A stretch of 64,000 nucleotides of DNA from an uncultured Acidimicrobiaceae bacterium (GTDB taxonomy: Bacteria; Actinomycetota; Acidimicrobiia; Acidimicrobiales; SZUA-35): the NCBI GenBank assembly GCA_964648795.1, contig CAZYMB010000002.1, positions 131,643 to 195,642 on the forward strand, given 5' to 3'. The notes under the pieces were generated by a model that was given only the letters and a program-made list of their open reading frames with translations, had not been told where the DNA came from and did no database searches. This document shows, piece by piece, positions 9,235 to 21,370 of this stretch (positions within the stretch are counted from its first letter, which is position 1; every line of letters begins with the position of its first letter). Position numbers and translations under genes: made by a program.

Positions 9235-10332
9235 CTAATATCGAAAAACTCGAATTCCTGCCCCAGCAACTGCTGCCAGGACCTCATCTGTGGATCTGAG
9301 GCCCGCAAGGCCGTATGCGCCTCGAGGCAGCTCATGGCTAAGTTGAAGCTCTGCTACTGCTGCCACTACTTCTGCTGATATATAGCTTGGGCTACCGGAA
9401 ACTCCATAGACAACCGTCGAGGAAGCCCCATCACTTTCACCATTAGCTTCAACACGAATACCAGCTGGACCACCATCTGTATGCGGAGGACGCAACATTG
9501 GCAGCCTTGAAGTTAACCTATCTCTTCTGTTGGCGGCGAGGCGGGCACGAATCTTAGGAACTTCTAGAAAGGGTCTGAGCAACAGCGGTGACGCTAGCGC
9601 TGCCCTATAACAGTCCCGACCCCCAATTGGCTCCGGAAACCAATGCAGCAGCCGACCTGTCCCCGACTGGCCGTGCTGCCAAGCACCGTCAACCCAATTT
9701 AGTGTCTTGCCTTTTAACGAGCTATGGTGGCTTCTCGCACACGCTGGGCCAGCGGTTCCTGCCTTAGATATGACGACATCGGAACATTCATCCAACTGAT
9801 TAGCCGCTTTAACTGCCAATAAACAGCTAAGACCGGGGCTTAAACCAGCACCTATTATGAGAGATGTGTCGTTGTTTTCTGCTAACTCAGATAGCTCTTT
9901 TAGGTCTTGGCATTCCTCTAAGTCATCTGACAGCGTGATAACTGTAACTCCTGCGGTTAGCGCTTGACGAGCGAATCGGGTGTGAGTTCGCCGGGGCGTT
10001 GCAATAACTACCAGGTCGACGTTGGCCTGTTTAATCTCTTCAGCTGACCAATCGCTAGCGTTAGAGCGTGTGGCCAACTTAACTCTAAACCCACTTCGGA
10101 TTAGGGATTGCTCTATTGCTCTACCCGTTAGCCCATACCCAAAAATTAAGGCAACTTCACCAACAGCTTCCGAACCGTCGAAGTCCTCCTCACTAAAGTT
10201 GACACGCTGCCAATGGTCATGAGTATCTTGGATTGCTTGACTCGAATTTGATTGAGAACGCACAAAAATCGAAGCAAGGCCAGTCAGGCCAAGTGCTAGC
10301 ACCACCCGTCGAGCTAGTTCTAATATCCGCAT
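9235..10332 (-). CDS. Putative NAD(P)-binding oxidoreductase (saccharopine dehydrogenase-like), N-terminal signal/anchor
   Basis: Rossmann-like ALIFGYGLTGRAIEQSL after a hydrophobic N-terminus. Family assignment is weak. Confidence 0.4.
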   Translation of the reverse strand: MRILELARRVVLALGLTGLASIFVRSQSNSSQAIQDTHDHWQRVNFSEEDFDGSEAVGEVALIFGYGLTGRAIEQSLIRSGFRVKLATRSNASDWSAEEIKQANVDLVVIATPRRTHTRFARQALTAGVTVITLSDDLEECQDLKELSELAENNDTSLIIGAGLSPGLSCLLAVKAANQLDECSDVVISKAGTAGPACARSHHSSLKGKTLNWVDGAWQHGQSGTGRLLHWFPEPIGGRDCYRAALASPLLLRPFLEVPKIRARLAANRRDRLTSRLPMLRPPHTDGGPAGIRVEANGESDGASSTVVYGVSGSPSYISAEVVAAVAELQLSHELPRGAYGLAGLRSTDEVLAAVAGAGIRVFRY

Positions 10333-10354
10333 TGACGCCTTTCGGCTTATCTAG

Positions 10355-10428
<74 letters not shown>

Positions 10429-10464
10429 AGACTCATTGAATCTAGTGGTTGATTGACGAATTAA

Positions 10465-11490
10465 CTACCTAGAGTCTCGACTCGTAGTTGACAGCTCTTC
10501 TTCAACGACAGTTACCCGGATTCCACCTACAAGGTCCGATATAAGGTTGAATATCACTGCAAATAGCACGTGTAGCAAAGTCCCCAGAATAACTAAGATA
10601 AAGGAGAACTGAGCTAGTGCTGTTGCCAATGGCCGCAATCGAATCTCGAATACTTCCAGATTGAATAGTTGTTGAATCTGAGTCTCAACTTGCTCAAGCA
10701 GATTCAGCTGTACCGAGAGAACGAAGACCAACAAGGTGGCTATAAATATGGACCCTACCACGACTAAATGAAAGATCACAGAGAATGTTAGTACCGACCA
10801 TGGGTCGATGTGGCGTATAACCCGTCGCACTTTACGAGCACGAAGGCGTTTACCATTGTCAGAGGCAAACCATCTCTCGAAGAAGGAACCTCGTGAGTCT
10901 CTTACTGGACCGCCTTGACTAGCGGCTGCAGCGGCACCAACGACGGGCACACTAGCGTCCACAACTCCCCCTGTGCCTTTCGGTGCGGGTTTAGGTTCGA
11001 CACGAGTAGTCGAGGTTTGTGTTGTTGATTCTAGCTCAACATCTGTTTCCTCATCAGACTCTATATCTTCATTTACTGCTTCGACTGTCTCTGTTTCGTC
11101 TAGCTCGAGGTCTTCTTCATCTTCTCGATCTTCTTGTTGTTCAGAATCGAAGTCGTCTATTCCAGTCGGGTCTGAGTCGTCTTTGTCTTTAGTCTCGTCG
11201 TCAATATCCTCTTCATCTAAGTCATCATCTGTATCTTCTTCGTCAACGCTCGCATCAGACTCCTCAACATCGTCGGCTTCGGCACCATCATTGTCTTGAT
11301 CTTGGGGTCCAGTCTCTTCTACTTCGTCTTCGCCGGTGCCCGACATAAAGAACTCAGCAGTTGACTCACCCTGAGAATCAGCGGCAGCGGATGCTGTTGA
11401 TTCGGATTCGTTCAAATCTTTCGAGTCTGAACTATCAGACTTGTCTTCAGAAGATTTTTTGCTGTTTCGTTTTCTCGACTTTCGACTCAT
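10465..11490 (-). CDS. DUF3566-like membrane protein with about 190-aa acidic low-complexity N-terminus
   Basis: Conserved position directly downstream of gyrA (Rv0007-like). C-terminal RKVRRVIRHIDPWSVLTFSVIFHLVVVG... with several TM helices. Confidence 0.7.
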   Translation of the reverse strand: MSRKSRKRNSKKSSEDKSDSSDSKDLNESESTASAAADSQGESTAEFFMSGTGEDEVEETGPQDQDNDGAEADDVEESDASVDEEDTDDDLDEEDIDDETKDKDDSDPTGIDDFDSEQQEDREDEEDLELDETETVEAVNEDIESDEETDVELESTTQTSTTRVEPKPAPKGTGGVVDASVPVVGAAAAASQGGPVRDSRGSFFERWFASDNGKRLRARKVRRVIRHIDPWSVLTFSVIFHLVVVGSIFIATLLVFVLSVQLNLLEQVETQIQQLFNLEVFEIRLRPLATALAQFSFILVILGTLLHVLFAVIFNLISDLVGGIRVTVVEEELSTTSRDSR

Positions 11491-13946
11491 TCATCTTCCT
11501 CGGTTTCAGTATGAAGAAGCCTAGCTGCAGCTGCGACACTATCTTGATCATCTAAGTTCATTACTCGAACGCCACTGGCATCACGGCCTTGTTGCGAGAT
11601 GTCCTCAGCTCTAGTACGAATCATAATTCCGTTAGTTGAAACTAGGAGTAGCTCATCTTTTGGTGAGACGAACTTGGCACAGACAACCTTGCCTTTGGCA
11701 GGATTGACCTTTGCACATCTAACTCCTAAGCCACCACGGTTCTTTGGTGAGAATAGTTCAGGGTCAGTTCGTTTTCCGAAGCCTTCAGAGGTAATAACCA
11801 AGAATTCAGCATCTGAACGAAGAACGTTACAACTAACAAGCTGATCGCCTTCTCTGAACTTCATTCCCTTTACACCAGCAGCGGTACGACCCATTGCTCT
11901 AACGTGCTCTTCTGAGAAGCGGATAGCTTGACCTTGTTCTGAGGTCATAAAGATATGATCTTCGCCATTAGTAGGTACTACCGAAACTAGCTCATCGCCG
12001 TCGTTCAGCTTTATGGCGATAAGCCCGGACTTGAGGTTGGTGTCATAAGCAGTGAACTGCGTTTTCTTGACTCGACCTTGACGTGTAGCGAAAAACAAGA
12101 ATCTGTTTGTCTCATAATCACGAGTGTCTACTACTGCCTGAATGGTCTCACCATTCTCCAGAGGCAAAATATTTACTAGTGCGGTACCCCGAGCGGTACG
12201 CGACGTGATTGGGATCGTGTGAGCCTTCTTACGATATACCTTGCCCTTTGTTGAGAAGAACAATAAGTAAGCGTGGGCTGTTGTGTGGATTAGATGGTCG
12301 ACTATGTCTTCATCATCTTTGGTCTTTGCTCCAGCTACACCACGTCCACCTCGACCTTGCGTCTTAAACTCGTCAGCTGATACTGACTTGATATAGCCAG
12401 ACGACGTAAGGGTAACAACAAGGTCTTCGTCATCGATTAAGTCTTCAATGTCAATCTCACCTGGGTCATCAATCATTATTGACTGACGCGGTGTTGCGTA
12501 CTTATCTCTGACCTCTCCTAGCTCTTCCTTAATCACTTCTCGGAGTCGTTGGTCATCAGCCAAGATAGCTTTCAACTCTTTGATTACCTTGGCGAGCTCG
12601 GCTAACTCATTCTCGAGGTTTGTTCGCCCTAACCTTGTGAGGCGGTGTAGTTGCATGTCAAGAATGTGGTCGGCTTGACGCTCCGAGAACTCAAAAGTGT
12701 CGCCCATTAAGGCGCCTTTTGCTGCCGCACGGTCTGCGCTTTGCTTGATAGCTTCAATGATCTGATCAATCAGGTCGAGAGCTTTTAGCAGGCCTTCGAT
12801 AATATGGGCACGAGCTTCTGCCTTAGCTAGGCGGAATTTGGTACGTCGTGTGACGACTTCAACTTGATGGTCTATGTAAGCGACTAGAGCTTCTCGCAGG
12901 TTGAGTGTTCTGGGAATGCCGTCAACTAGTGCAACCAAGTTAACGCCAAACGATGTTTGCATTGGGGTGTGCTTGTACAAGTTGTTGAGGACAACGGTCG
13001 AGTTAGCGTCTCGGCGCAGTTCGAAGACCATTCGTGTCTTGCCTTTGGCGGACTCATTTCGAATTTCCCGAATACCTTCGAGCGCTCCTCTTTCGATAAG
13101 CTCAGCGGTCTTGCGTTCGATTTGTTCTACAGACGTCTGGTATGGAACTTCGGTAACAACAATTGTGTCGCTTCGTTTACCAGGAACGATCTCTGCAACA
13201 GCACGAATCTTTACTGAACCTCTACCTGTTTGGTAAGCAGCTCGTGACCCAGCACGCCCTAGAATTTGGCCTTTAGTCGGGAAGTCGGGAGCCTTTACAA
13301 ACTCCATCAAGTCAACGGGCTGTGCATCTGGATTATCGATTAGGTGCATTGTTGCATCGATTACTTCGCCCAAGTTATGCGGTGGAATGTTGGTGGCCAT
13401 ACCAACGGCAATCCCCTGGCTTCCGTTTACTAGAAGGTTAGGGAAGCGACTTGGCAACACTGTTGGCTCTGCGTGCTTGCCATCGAAGTTGTCTGCAAAA
13501 TCAACTGTGTCCTCGTCGATGTCGGCGAGCAACTCCATAGCTATCTTCTCGAGGCGACACTCTGTGTATCTGTAAGCAGCTGGTGGGTCATCGGGCGAAC
13601 CGAAGTTGCCGTGCGGATCAATTAGACGATGCCGTAGTGAAAAGTTTTGACCCATTCGTACAAGTGAGTCATAGATTGCTTGGTCACCGTGAGGGTGGTA
13701 CTTACCAATTACGTCACCAACAACAGTTGCACACTTAACGTGGCCTCTATCTGGGCGGTGGCCTGCGTCAAACATTGACCAGAGGATGCGGCGATGCACT
13801 GGCTTCAGTCCATCTCGAGCGTCGGGCAAAGCACGCGACACAATCACCGACATGGCATATTCCAAGAAGGACTGCTCCATCTCAGTTTGGATATCGATTG
13901 GTTCTATGTCTTGCTCGTCTAGATCTGTTGTTGGGATATCAGTCAT
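11487..13946 (-). CDS. gyrA: DNA gyrase subunit A
   Basis: SRALPDARDGLKPVHRRILW, HPHGDQAIYDSLVRM and the catalytic-Tyr region AAYRYTECRL. Confidence 0.98.
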   Translation of the reverse strand: MTDIPTTDLDEQDIEPIDIQTEMEQSFLEYAMSVIVSRALPDARDGLKPVHRRILWSMFDAGHRPDRGHVKCATVVGDVIGKYHPHGDQAIYDSLVRMGQNFSLRHRLIDPHGNFGSPDDPPAAYRYTECRLEKIAMELLADIDEDTVDFADNFDGKHAEPTVLPSRFPNLLVNGSQGIAVGMATNIPPHNLGEVIDATMHLIDNPDAQPVDLMEFVKAPDFPTKGQILGRAGSRAAYQTGRGSVKIRAVAEIVPGKRSDTIVVTEVPYQTSVEQIERKTAELIERGALEGIREIRNESAKGKTRMVFELRRDANSTVVLNNLYKHTPMQTSFGVNLVALVDGIPRTLNLREALVAYIDHQVEVVTRRTKFRLAKAEARAHIIEGLLKALDLIDQIIEAIKQSADRAAAKGALMGDTFEFSERQADHILDMQLHRLTRLGRTNLENELAELAKVIKELKAILADDQRLREVIKEELGEVRDKYATPRQSIMIDDPGEIDIEDLIDDEDLVVTLTSSGYIKSVSADEFKTQGRGGRGVAGAKTKDDEDIVDHLIHTTAHAYLLFFSTKGKVYRKKAHTIPITSRTARGTALVNILPLENGETIQAVVDTRDYETNRFLFFATRQGRVKKTQFTAYDTNLKSGLIAIKLNDGDELVSVVPTNGEDHIFMTSEQGQAIRFSEEHVRAMGRTAAGVKGMKFREGDQLVSCNVLRSDAEFLVITSEGFGKRTDPELFSPKNRGGLGVRCAKVNPAKGKVVCAKFVSPKDELLLVSTNGIMIRTRAEDISQQGRDASGVRVMNLDDQDSVAAAARLLHTETEEDE

Positions 13947-13958
13947 TTTGTTCTCGTT

Positions 13959-15938
<1,980 letters not shown>

Positions 15939-16146
15939 CTATTTTTGTAACTATTTTGTGACTAATAATTAGCATCAATTGACTGCCAAAAACAGGCTTA
16001 AATAGCGGTGTTCTAGAGCGTTTTTAGCTCATTTCATTGTAGCAGAAAAAGACCCCTTTTAGACGCTTATTTTGGGTACGGAAACAATTGATTTCTTGAC
16101 CGATGTGTCTTGGGGTGTCGCTACCCCCGAACCAGTTTTGTCAGAC

Positions 16147-16443
16147 TTATTTGGCGCTGAGTCGCGCTTTAACTGCACTCAATTTATTGGGCGCAAACTG
16201 GGCTTCGTAGGCCTCAATTATTTGGGTTTCCATCCACTTTATTTGGGCTATAAAGGCCGGGTCTGTGCAGCTAATTTCTAGCACTCCGTCTTGCACCGAA
16301 ATAGGTTCGGTGACTTTAGATAACGCTGGGCCCATAATGTCTTCCCATTTATCGCTCAAAGAAGCCACAACTTGTATGGGGGGTGCACCTAAGTTTGCAA
16401 AGAATGTCTCTAAACTTTTCTGAATTGGGTTCGGTTCGCTCAT
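16147..16443 (-). CDS. DUF721 (Rv0004/DciA-like) small protein
   Basis: 98-aa ORF overlapping the recF stop by 4 nt, in the conserved recF-X-gyrB slot. Confidence 0.65.
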   Translation of the reverse strand: MSEPNPIQKSLETFFANLGAPPIQVVASLSDKWEDIMGPALSKVTEPISVQDGVLEISCTDPAFIAQIKWMETQIIEAYEAQFAPNKLSAVKARLSAK

Positions 16444-17516
16444 CCGTAGAACCCATTATTAGATGCAAACTCTCTAAATTCAGCATCAGGTGTGACGATT
16501 TCTGGAAGCTCCACAGCGCTAGTAATGATGGTCTGAGTATCACCAAGGCTGTTTAGTAACGCCGTTGCCCTATCCATGTCTAGCTCACTCAAAACATCGT
16601 CTAAAAGCAGTAAAGGCGCCTCTCCTAGAGCCTCTGTAAGCAGCTTATGACCAGCCAAGCGTAAGCTCAGGGCCAGAGACCTTTGTTCTCCCTGTGACGC
16701 TTCATTGCGTGTATCAAAGCCATCCAGAGTGGTGACTAGGTCATCTCGATGTGGACCGGTAGTTGTTACAGACCTTCGAATATCGTTGGTTCGATTATCG
16801 ACAAGGGTTTCGACCAGGTCATCTTCCCAAGTTGATTCATAATCAAATGTGACGTCGCGCCGCTCCCCTGCTAACTCAGCGTATGCCAATGAACTTATTG
16901 GCCGCAGACGATTCAGAAGTTCGATGCGTAAGTTCCGCACTCTCGTTCCAGACTCACCAACACGCTTGTCCCAAACGTCGAGTGTTGCTTCGACAGATTC
17001 ATCTTTGGTCGTACTTATTTGTTTAAGTAATGAATTTCGTTGTTTCAGACTCTTGTCAAAAGTGGCATATGTGCCCGACTGACTCGGATCAAGTGCGATA
17101 ACTAAATTATCTAGATAGTCACGACGGTGGCTAGGTCCAAACTTTATAAGTGCCAAGTCATCTGGTGCAAACACAGTGACCTGTAAAGCACCTAGTAAGT
17201 CCTTAGCCCTCTTTAAGGGCTGCTTATTTACAAATGCCTTAGTCTTGCCTTTAGCGACTTCTAGCTCAATAAGAACATCTCTATCGTCGCGTATCCCTTT
17301 GGCCCGTAGCACCCCAATCTCAGTCCCTCGACGAATCAAGTTTTGGGTTGGCGAACCACGATGAGACTTCTGTGTCGACAAAACACTGAGCGCCTCAACT
17401 AAATTTGTTTTGCCAATGCCATTCGGCCCAATGAAAGCATTAAGCCCTGGTGAAAATTCAAAATGTGCTGACTCGTAACTACGAAAGTTTCTAATCCAAA
17501 GATCAGAAATAATCAC
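16440..17516 (-). CDS. recF: DNA replication and repair protein RecF
   Basis: Walker A GPNGIGKTNLVEAL, SQGEQRSLALSLRLA signature and LLLLDDVLSELD Walker B. Confidence 0.96.
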   Translation of the reverse strand: MIISDLWIRNFRSYESAHFEFSPGLNAFIGPNGIGKTNLVEALSVLSTQKSHRGSPTQNLIRRGTEIGVLRAKGIRDDRDVLIELEVAKGKTKAFVNKQPLKRAKDLLGALQVTVFAPDDLALIKFGPSHRRDYLDNLVIALDPSQSGTYATFDKSLKQRNSLLKQISTTKDESVEATLDVWDKRVGESGTRVRNLRIELLNRLRPISSLAYAELAGERRDVTFDYESTWEDDLVETLVDNRTNDIRRSVTTTGPHRDDLVTTLDGFDTRNEASQGEQRSLALSLRLAGHKLLTEALGEAPLLLLDDVLSELDMDRATALLNSLGDTQTIITSAVELPEIVTPDAEFREFASNNGFYG

Positions 17517-17532
17517 AGGTAATCGTTTGCCT

Positions 17533-18618
17533 TTAAGAAACGCGAACCGGCATTAGCAAGTATAGATAATCCTCTACACCCACACTGTGGATTAACGCTG
17601 GCTTTAGCTCATCGATTGTGGAAAGCGTAATTTCGTCGCCTGGAGTGACTTCAACACCTTCTGCTAAGTACTGCGGGTTGAATGCAACAATTAGGTTAGA
17701 ACCATCGTATTTGCCTTCTACAAACTCTCTAGCTGTACCTACATCTTGTGTGATAGCAACTAGTTCTACCCCGTCAGAATTCATCTCTAATCGAACAGGT
17801 GTTGACTCACGAGCTAGAAGCTTGACTCTGCGAAGAGCCTCTAAGAAGTCGCCTCTATTGATAGTTAGCTTGTTCGGGTGACTGTCCGGAATTAGACCAC
17901 GGTAGTTGGGGAACTCGCCTTCGATAAGTCGAGTTGTAATCTTGATGTCACCAACCAAGAACGCTGCTTCGTTGTCACCAAGCTGAAGATCAACCTTGTC
18001 ACCTTTGTCTAGAACTTTGTTGAGTTCTTCCAACGCTCGAGATGGAATTAAAACACTTTGGCCCTTTTTAAGAACTGCTGCGTTCTTGATATCTCGCATA
18101 GCTAAACGGTAAGAGTCTGTTGCCACTAGACGAAGACCATCACCTTCGCTTGCTAGTAAGACACCTGTAAGAATTGGACGAGAATCATCTGAACTAGCAG
18201 CTAAGACAACTTGTTGTAAAGAGTCGTTTAGTTCTTCTGCTGAAAGCGTAAACGTTTCTGCTTCGGTAGCTGCAAGCTTTGGAAAATCGTCTGAAGCGAT
18301 TAAACGGATACTGAACTCACTTCGACCAGATGTGATCTGTAGTGAATCTCCAGATACTTCTAAAGACACAGCTCCTGGTTTGATTGCTTTAACAATGTCT
18401 GCTGCTAGTCGTGCAGGAATAACTGCTTCACCATCAGTAGAACCTGAAACTTTGACATCAATAGAAATCGTAAGATCACGATCTGTACCAGTCAGACTCA
18501 GTAAGTCTTTCTTTAAAATTGCCTGAATACCTGAGAGTCCTGGCAAACCTTTGTTCACAGCACGACCCGCTGTTGCTAGAGATTCGACTAGTACATCTCT
18601 TTCACACTTGAACTTCAT
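17533..18618 (-). CDS. dnaN: DNA polymerase III beta sliding clamp
   Basis: MKFKCERDVLVESL... is a typical DnaN N-terminus, so the internal Met is used. Length is about 361 aa. Located between dnaA and recF. Confidence 0.95.
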   Translation of the reverse strand: MKFKCERDVLVESLATAGRAVNKGLPGLSGIQAILKKDLLSLTGTDRDLTISIDVKVSGSTDGEAVIPARLAADIVKAIKPGAVSLEVSGDSLQITSGRSEFSIRLIASDDFPKLAATEAETFTLSAEELNDSLQQVVLAASSDDSRPILTGVLLASEGDGLRLVATDSYRLAMRDIKNAAVLKKGQSVLIPSRALEELNKVLDKGDKVDLQLGDNEAAFLVGDIKITTRLIEGEFPNYRGLIPDSHPNKLTINRGDFLEALRRVKLLARESTPVRLEMNSDGVELVAITQDVGTAREFVEGKYDGSNLIVAFNPQYLAEGVEVTPGDEITLSTIDELKPALIHSVGVEDYLYLLMPVRVS

Positions 18619-19011
18619 AACGCTCCGAAAATAAAATGGGCTAAGGCAACTGGCAACGCTGCTCCAAGCCCTATGCAATATAGCCTAGCCAATTATCACT
18701 GAGGTTTCTCTATTTATGAGAGTTCTGATTCAAGAAAGAAACGCAGGTAAATCACACTAATGCAATTCGTCCACGGTTGGTTCGTCTTGGTTTCCCCACA
18801 ATTAGTTTTGGATTTGTTTTTAAATGATAGTTATATGTAATAGGACCTGTGGATTGTGAGTAAGTAGTCACTGACTGCTCCAACAGCTAACTATTTTTCC
18901 ACACCACCATGTCGACTATGCACCGAACTACAAATTGGTAATTAGTTAGCTGTGAATAAGGCACTTTGGGGCCTTCAGTTGTCCGCAGAATACGAACAGA
19001 TTTATCCCTAA
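18619..19011. promoter_or_regulatory. Candidate oriC (dnaA-dnaN intergenic region) with DnaA boxes and an AT-rich unwinding segment
   Basis: Boxes fitting TTWTNCACA: TTTTCCACA (18895-18903) and tgtgaataa, i.e. TTATTCACA on the minus strand (18951-18959). Near-boxes: TTGTCCGCA (18979-18987), TTCCCCACA (18792-18800), tgtggattg (18848-18856). Segment 18801-18840 has only 7 G/C in 40 nt. Confidence 0.75.
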
Positions 19012-20415
19012 CTAATCCCCAGCTTCTGCGGTGTTACGCACAGCTTTTTCCAGAGTAGTTACATGGTTGTAAATTTGTGTTCGTTCTTTCATTAGAGCTT
19101 CAACTTTGTCACAAGCATGAATAACGGTGGTGTGATCTCTGCCACCGAACTCTCTAGCAATCATCGGAAAGCTCAAGTCCGTCATTTGTCGTGACAGATA
19201 CATTGCAACTTGTCTAGCAATTACTAATGGTCTGCGGCGAGACTTCCCTTTGAGTTCATCTATTCCAAAACCAAAGTGTGCTTGAGTTGCGTCCATAATC
19301 ATGTCGACATTGATTTGCTTTGGCTGACGATTTGCTATGAAGTCACCCAGTACCTCAGATGCAAGTTCGACCGTGATGTCTTGGCGATTTAGATTGGCGT
19401 GAGCTGCGACCTTATTGAGCGCACCTTCAAGCTCACGAATATTTGTCTTTATTGATGTTGCTATGAATTCAGCAACGTCGCTTGGTAGGTCAATCGAGTC
19501 GTTGTCTGACTTCTTTTGCAGAATCGCCATACGAGTTTCAACGTCTGGTGGCTGAATATCCGTTAGCAGACCCATCATAAAGCGGCTTCTTAAGCGGTCT
19601 TCAAGCGTTGGGATAGCGTCAGGTGGCCGGTCAGAAGAAAGAATGATCTGCTTATTCTCTGCATACAGATCGTTAAAAGTATGGAAGAGCTCTTCTTGAA
19701 GGCGGTCTTTGCCTTCGATGAACTGGATGTCGTCAATTAGCAGAACATCGATTTTGCGATAGCGAGATTTGAAATCGTTTCCGGCAGAGTTCTTGATCGA
19801 GTCGACAAATTCGTTCAGGAAAGTTTCAGTCGAGACATATCTAACAGTCAGCTGAGGATACACATCGTTGATGTAGGTCTCGACAGCTTTCAGAATGTGA
19901 GTCTTACCGAGCCCTGCTTGGCCGTATATAAAGAGTGGGTTGTAGGAATTACCAGGGCGTTCTGCAACTGACAAAGCTGCAGCATGAGCGAATCGATTGG
20001 ACTGGCCAATAACGAAAGTCTCAAATGTATAGCGGCCCTGATCATTCTTGATTGGACTTGTTGGAGCTTTAGGCTTTTCAGTTACATCTATTACTGGGTC
20101 TGCGTTGGTTAGATCTAGTTGCGCTTGCGAATCATCAAACAGTGTTGGCAACAACGTGTCAAATTTGACGCTGATTACAGAGCCGAGTGCTTCAGCTACA
20201 GCCTCTTCGACGAAGGGCCGATATTTACCGTCGAGTTTGTCTCGAACGATCCCGTTTGGCAGGCCTACGACTAGTTGGCGTTTGGTTAACTTAATACCTT
20301 GGGCCTGTGAGAAGGTACTTTGCCAAATCCCTGCTGAATACTGGCCTCTAAGGATTTCAGAGGCACTTTTCCACAGGTTGTCTGCGTCAAGCTGTGAATC
20401 TAGGCTTTTTTCCAT
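19012..20415 (-). CDS. dnaA: Chromosomal replication initiator DnaA
   Basis: AAA+ Walker A GQAGLGKTHIL, VLLIDDIQF, and C-terminal DNA-binding FGGRDHTTVIHACDKV. Confidence 0.98.
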   Translation of the reverse strand: MEKSLDSQLDADNLWKSASEILRGQYSAGIWQSTFSQAQGIKLTKRQLVVGLPNGIVRDKLDGKYRPFVEEAVAEALGSVISVKFDTLLPTLFDDSQAQLDLTNADPVIDVTEKPKAPTSPIKNDQGRYTFETFVIGQSNRFAHAAALSVAERPGNSYNPLFIYGQAGLGKTHILKAVETYINDVYPQLTVRYVSTETFLNEFVDSIKNSAGNDFKSRYRKIDVLLIDDIQFIEGKDRLQEELFHTFNDLYAENKQIILSSDRPPDAIPTLEDRLRSRFMMGLLTDIQPPDVETRMAILQKKSDNDSIDLPSDVAEFIATSIKTNIRELEGALNKVAAHANLNRQDITVELASEVLGDFIANRQPKQINVDMIMDATQAHFGFGIDELKGKSRRRPLVIARQVAMYLSRQMTDLSFPMIAREFGGRDHTTVIHACDKVEALMKERTQIYNHVTTLEKAVRNTAEAGD

Positions 20416-20676
20416 GATCTTTCCCCAATTCCCACAGGGTTTTCCACACCTTTGGCGGGTTTGTAGACTTGAAACTAGCAGCTATCGACATATTCTCGCT
20501 ATAAAACCTGTGGAAAAGTCAGTTGAGCCCTACTGAGAGTTGGGATGACATACATATACCAATAGCATTAAGGTCGCTCTCAAGTTTGAGGGCTTATTGT
20601 TTGTATATAGCTAGCCGGGTAATCCTTCCTAACGCATCTCACTTGGTTCGCAGTTTTTAACTCGGAGATTCTCATC
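20416..20676. promoter_or_regulatory. dnaA/rpmH divergent promoter region with an inverted pair of perfect DnaA boxes
   Basis: TTTTCCACA at 20440-20448 (+) and tgtggaaaa at 20509-20517 (box on the minus strand). Weaker ATTCCCACA at 20428-20436. Confidence 0.7.
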
Positions 20677-20811
20677 ATGAAACGTACGCTTCAGCGAAAC
20701 ACTCGTAAGCGCTCAAAAAAGCATGGCTTTCGTAAGCGTCAATCAACGCGTGCTGGTCGAAAGATTTTGGCCGCACGTCGTAAAAAGGGTAGAGCTAAAA
20801 TAAGCGCGTGA
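20677..20811 (+). CDS. rpmH: 50S ribosomal protein L34
   Basis: Not in the ORF track (44 aa). My own translation is [44 protein letters not shown]. Confidence 0.95.
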   Translation: MKRTLQRNTRKRSKKHGFRKRQSTRAGRKILAARRKKGRAKISA

Positions 20812-21149
20812 TTCTCGAACGAGTTTCATCCAAGGACACCTTTTCTAGATTTTCTTCTGTTGGTGTCAAAGTAAGTTCTGGTCCCGTGAGCGTGGTATTT
20901 GTGCCAATTGAATCCCAAAAACCTGAAGTAGCAATGGCTATAACCAAAAAGTTTGGTAACGCCGTTGATCGCAACAAGGCTCGTCGACGACTTCGTCATG
21001 CATTCAACGAGACAATCCAAAACTATTCGCACCTCTATAACAATGCATATCTCTTGTTCGGGTCAAGAAAGATCCTGAGCTGTGATTATGCTGGCCTTGT
21101 CAGCAGCCTTGATGAGTGCTGCCGCAAGATTTCGGAGAAGTCACAGTGA
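20808..21149 (+). CDS. rnpA: Ribonuclease P protein component
   Basis: The GTG start overlaps the rpmH stop (GTGA). Contains [20 protein letters not shown] (RNR motif). Confidence 0.9.
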   Translation: MILERVSSKDTFSRFSSVGVKVSSGPVSVVFVPIESQKPEVAMAITKKFGNAVDRNKARRRLRHAFNETIQNYSHLYNNAYLLFGSRKILSCDYAGLVSSLDECCRKISEKSQ

Positions 21150-21370
21150 AAGAAATGCTGCTTCGTGGAATCAAAACGTATCAGTCCTACTCTGCTACTA
21201 GACCATGTCGCTGCCGGTACTTCCCCACCTGCAGCCACTACACAGCCGAAGCGATTGAAACCTACGGCGCTGTTAAAGGTTCGTGGATGGGCCTGAAACG
21301 AATATCTCGATGCCGACCTTTTGGTGCACACGGCTATGACCCTGTTCCTGCAGAAAGTGAGTGTTGCTAA
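21146..21370 (+). CDS. yidD: Membrane protein insertion efficiency factor YidD (start 21146 GTG or 21155 ATG)
   Basis: [46 protein letters not shown] is the YidD signature. Confidence 0.88.
   Translation: MKEMLLRGIKTYQSYSATRPCRCRYFPTCSHYTAEAIETYGAVKGSWMGLKRISRCRPFGAHGYDPVPAESECC

Noticed and set aside
10973-11299. 108-aa Ser-rich plus-strand ORF.
   Set aside because: It is the reverse-frame shadow of the D/E-rich low-complexity N-terminus of the DUF3566-like gene (GAx codons read as xTC/Ser on the other strand).
17533-18678. Longest dnaN ORF, with 20 extra N-terminal residues (MHRAWSSVASCLSPFYFRSV).
   Set aside because: The canonical clamp N-terminus MKFKCERD... starts at 18618. The extension is not DnaN-like and would eat into the oriC spacer.
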